A DNA stretch of 64,000 nucleotides. Source: an uncultured bacterium (GTDB lineage: Bacteria > Verrucomicrobiota > Verrucomicrobiia > Chthoniobacterales > SZAS-18). The position numbers and the translations under genes are program-made. The first letter of the stretch is position 1. Every line of letters starts with the position of its first letter. Below the pieces are notes generated by a model that saw nothing but the letters and a program-made list of their open reading frames with translations, was not told the DNA's origin and did no database searches. Shown here piece after piece: positions 61,568 to 64,000 of the stretch. The stretch is taken from assembly GCA_963766845.1 (NCBI GenBank), contig CAVYBS010000009.1:515735-579734 (forward strand), read 5' to 3'.

Positions 61568-61627
61568 CGACGCGCGTCTGCGGCACGGATGCTCGCATTT
61601 TACCTGAGAATCGGTGTAACGCGACCG

Positions 61628-62779
61628 TTAAACCACCACCAGATCAACGCTTTTCAAGTCTCGTAGAAGCCGCTCGTGGAGGGAAGGCCGCCAGCGCCGC
61701 CAGAGAGGGCGGTCACCGGGCCGTCCGACCACGAAGTGGGTCACCCCGTACTCCCGCGCGAAGTCGATGAGCGCCTCGGCCACTTTCTCGCGTTTGAGCA
61801 CGATGACCATCCCTCCCATGCGCTGGGCAGTTTCCAGGGCTTCGCCGATGGCACGCTGGACCTCGGCGGTGATGACCTGCGGCGCCTCCCCGGGAGTACG
61901 CACGTAGACGGCGTACCAGGGGGCGTTGAGCTGCGAGGCCAGACGCGCGGTTTTGCGCAGGATCGCCCCCGGATCGGGGCCGCCGCTGCTCAGGGCGACG
62001 GCCACCTGTCCGACGCCGCCGGGAACGTGTTCCTGCTCGGACGATTCCTCGGCCCGCTGGCGGCGGTCGAGGAAGTTGGCGCTTTCACTCAAAGCCATTT
62101 CCCGCAGACGGGTCAGGTTCTGCGGCGTGAAGAAGTTCGTGAGCGCCTGCGCCACCCGGTCCGGCGCGTAAATCTTGCCGGACTGTAACCGCTCGATGAG
62201 GTCTTCCGCCGGCAGGTCGATGTTGACGATCTGGTCCGCGCGCGTCAGGAACTCGTCGGGGATGCGTTCCTTCACCCGTACGCCTGTGGCGCCTTCCACC
62301 ACGTTGTAGAGGCTTTCGAGGTGCTGGATGTTGAGCGTGCTGATGACACTGATACCCGCCGCGAGCAAATCCTCCACGTCCTCGTACCGCTTCTTGGTTT
62401 TGCTTCCCGGCGCGTTGGTGTGGGCGAGTTCATCCACCAGAGCGACCGTGGGAGCACGCGCGATGACGGCTGCGGTGTCCATCTCGCGCAGTTCGACCCC
62501 TTTGTATTGCGTGACGATGGGCGGTACGATCTCCAGTTCGCCGATCTGCGCCGTGGTCTCCGGACGCGCGTGCGGTTCGACGTAACCGATCACCACGTCC
62601 AGGCCCCGCTTTTTGAGCCGGTTGCCCTCCGTGAGCATCTGGAAGGTCTTGCCGACGCCCGCGCACGCGCCCAGGTAGATTTTGAGTTTGCCCTGCTTCT
62701 GCTGGTGGATCAGCGCGAGGAAATCTTCCGCCTTGCGCCGGGCGGGTTCGCCGAAGTTATTCGCCAGGTCGGGGGTCAT
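61628..62779 (-). CDS. kdpD: Stand-alone KdpD N-terminal domain plus Usp domain protein (no TM or histidine kinase)
   Basis: GKLKIYLGACAGVGKT, LVDELAHTN, KRYEDV, TLNIQHLESL, GKIY, LRE.AL; Usp with THFVVG; stops at VVV. Confidence 0.88.
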   Translation of the reverse strand: MTPDLANNFGEPARRKAEDFLALIHQQKQGKLKIYLGACAGVGKTFQMLTEGNRLKKRGLDVVIGYVEPHARPETTAQIGELEIVPPIVTQYKGVELREMDTAAVIARAPTVALVDELAHTNAPGSKTKKRYEDVEDLLAAGISVISTLNIQHLESLYNVVEGATGVRVKERIPDEFLTRADQIVNIDLPAEDLIERLQSGKIYAPDRVAQALTNFFTPQNLTRLREMALSESANFLDRRQRAEESSEQEHVPGGVGQVAVALSSGGPDPGAILRKTARLASQLNAPWYAVYVRTPGEAPQVITAEVQRAIGEALETAQRMGGMVIVLKREKVAEALIDFAREYGVTHFVVGRPGDRPLWRRWRPSLHERLLRDLKSVDLVVV

Positions 62780-62795
62780 TGGTTTGCTGGAGGAT

Positions 62796-64000
62796 TCAGC
62801 GGTGTGCTTCCAACCGTTTATTCTTCACCTTGGTCTGAGGCAGTGGCTTCTTGTCCTTATAGTAATAACAAATCTCCACAAGCGTCGGCCAGATTTCTAG
62901 CGACGCATGAATCTGGCTGACCACATCGTCCACGATGCGGCTGACGTTCTGCTGAAAGAAATCCGGCTCGAAGCCGTAGAATGCCTTGGACAAACTGTCC
63001 GCGAAGAGTTGCAGCGCCTGCCGTCGTTCTTCCCCTTGGGCGGCTGGCACAGCCGCGAGCACCTGTGCATGGACCGCGGCGATCCGGGCAAGGATTTCTT
63101 CCGAGTCCTGGAGGGTCACCTCACCCTGGTAATGGAACTTGATGAACAGATCGTCGCGCTGGTAGACACTATCCTTGATTTTCTTCTTGAGCAGGCTGCA
63201 CAATTCCTCGTTGAAAACCTCCGTCGCCAGCGGATTTCGCATGTAGTTGTTCTTCGTGTGGTTCTGCGCGGCATCCACGTGCGCGCTGGCCAGCCCGGCC
63301 TGCTGCACCCACAAGCGATAGATGTAATCCTCGAACCGCAGCCGGGTCGGGAAAAACGGCGGTAGTCCCAGACGGTTGTCGTATCCGGCTACCCCGCAGT
63401 CGATGCGCCAATTCTTGTTGGTGACGACAGGCCGAAAGTTGACCAATACATAGCGGTCGTTGAGTTCCTGTGGATCGATCTGCCCGGCGTTGTCCAGGAA
63501 CATGGAAACATAATCAAGCGCGTCGATGTCGTTCGTGCCGGTGCGGAAAGTTTGGGCAATCTTGATCTGCGCGTCGCGCATCAATTTGCCGCGCTGGAGC
63601 ATGAGCGAATTGTCGCGGGTAAACTCGCGCGTCGTGTTCGTTTCCAAGTCCATCGAGGTATCCACGAGGAAGTCGCCTTTCTCGTAGCTGGCCGGGACCT
63701 GGCTGAGTTTACGCCCGAGCACGTCATCGAAGGCTTCGAGCAGGTCGAACGACTTCCGCGTATACCCTTTTTTCTCGCCCGCACGGTAGAGCTTGCCCCG
63801 GCAAATTTCGTCGTCGCCGAGAGATTCGGGGCTGTCCTCGATCAGGGCTTCGGGACGCATGTCATCGTCCGAACTAATGAGGAACCTACCTAGCGTCCAC
63901 ATCAGCGTGCAGTTGCGGTTGCCGCCGTAACTCGGACGAAAGAGGTTTTTGACGAGCGACTCCAATTTCTTGTCGCGCAGCTTGCGATTGAGTAACCCGA
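62796..64000 (-). CDS. Uncharacterised protein with GT-A-like motifs (5'-partial)
   Basis: Frame open to window edge (GLLNRKLRDKKLESLVKN); SYGGNRN, ISSDDD, RFEDY, HVDAAQNH. Confidence 0.7.
   Translation of the reverse strand, partial: GLLNRKLRDKKLESLVKNLFRPSYGGNRNCTLMWTLGRFLISSDDDMRPEALIEDSPESLGDDEICRGKLYRAGEKKGYTRKSFDLLEAFDDVLGRKLSQVPASYEKGDFLVDTSMDLETNTTREFTRDNSLMLQRGKLMRDAQIKIAQTFRTGTNDIDALDYVSMFLDNAGQIDPQELNDRYVLVNFRPVVTNKNWRIDCGVAGYDNRLGLPPFFPTRLRFEDYIYRLWVQQAGLASAHVDAAQNHTKNNYMRNPLATEVFNEELCSLLKKKIKDSVYQRDDLFIKFHYQGEVTLQDSEEILARIAAVHAQVLAAVPAAQGEERRQALQLFADSLSKAFYGFEPDFFQQNVSRIVDDVVSQIHASLEIWPTLVEICYYYKDKKPLPQTKVKNKRLEAHR

Overview
High-GC bacterial chromosomal window. The gene families, C/T-rich leaders without Shine-Dalgarno sites and the repeat types suggest Verrucomicrobia (inference only). 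From left to right: (1) about 20 kb surface-glycan locus with two Wzt paralogues sharing an apparently identical 395-bp block, GT2/GT4 enzymes, methyl-, acetyl- and acyltransferases, an O-antigen ligase-like protein and epimerases; (2) housekeeping region with SRP RNA, M20 hydrolase, proS, moxR, moaD, a TPR protein, gcvT/gcvH, trpD, a GH120 with an inserted CBM6, yajQ, trxA, a very Pro-rich protein, folA and an L,D-transpeptidase; (3) an integrase-less integron cassette array (CALIN) whose first core site is interrupted by a TA-targeting MITE; (4) a copper module (CxxC/Pro-rich putative leader peptide, beta-barrel, copC, copD) and a Fur-family-controlled Zn/Mn ABC plus TonB-receptor module with four ATTGCA-N7-TGCAAT boxes; (5) a stand-alone KdpD N-terminal/Usp protein coupled to an uncharacterised GT-A-like protein that runs off the window end. 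Several REP/REPIN/MITE and heptamer repeat families are interspersed. Many single-base frameshifts, including in proS, point to consensus sequencing errors, so frameshifted genes are not called pseudogenes. All calls come from reading the sequence and recalled family motifs; no searches were run.
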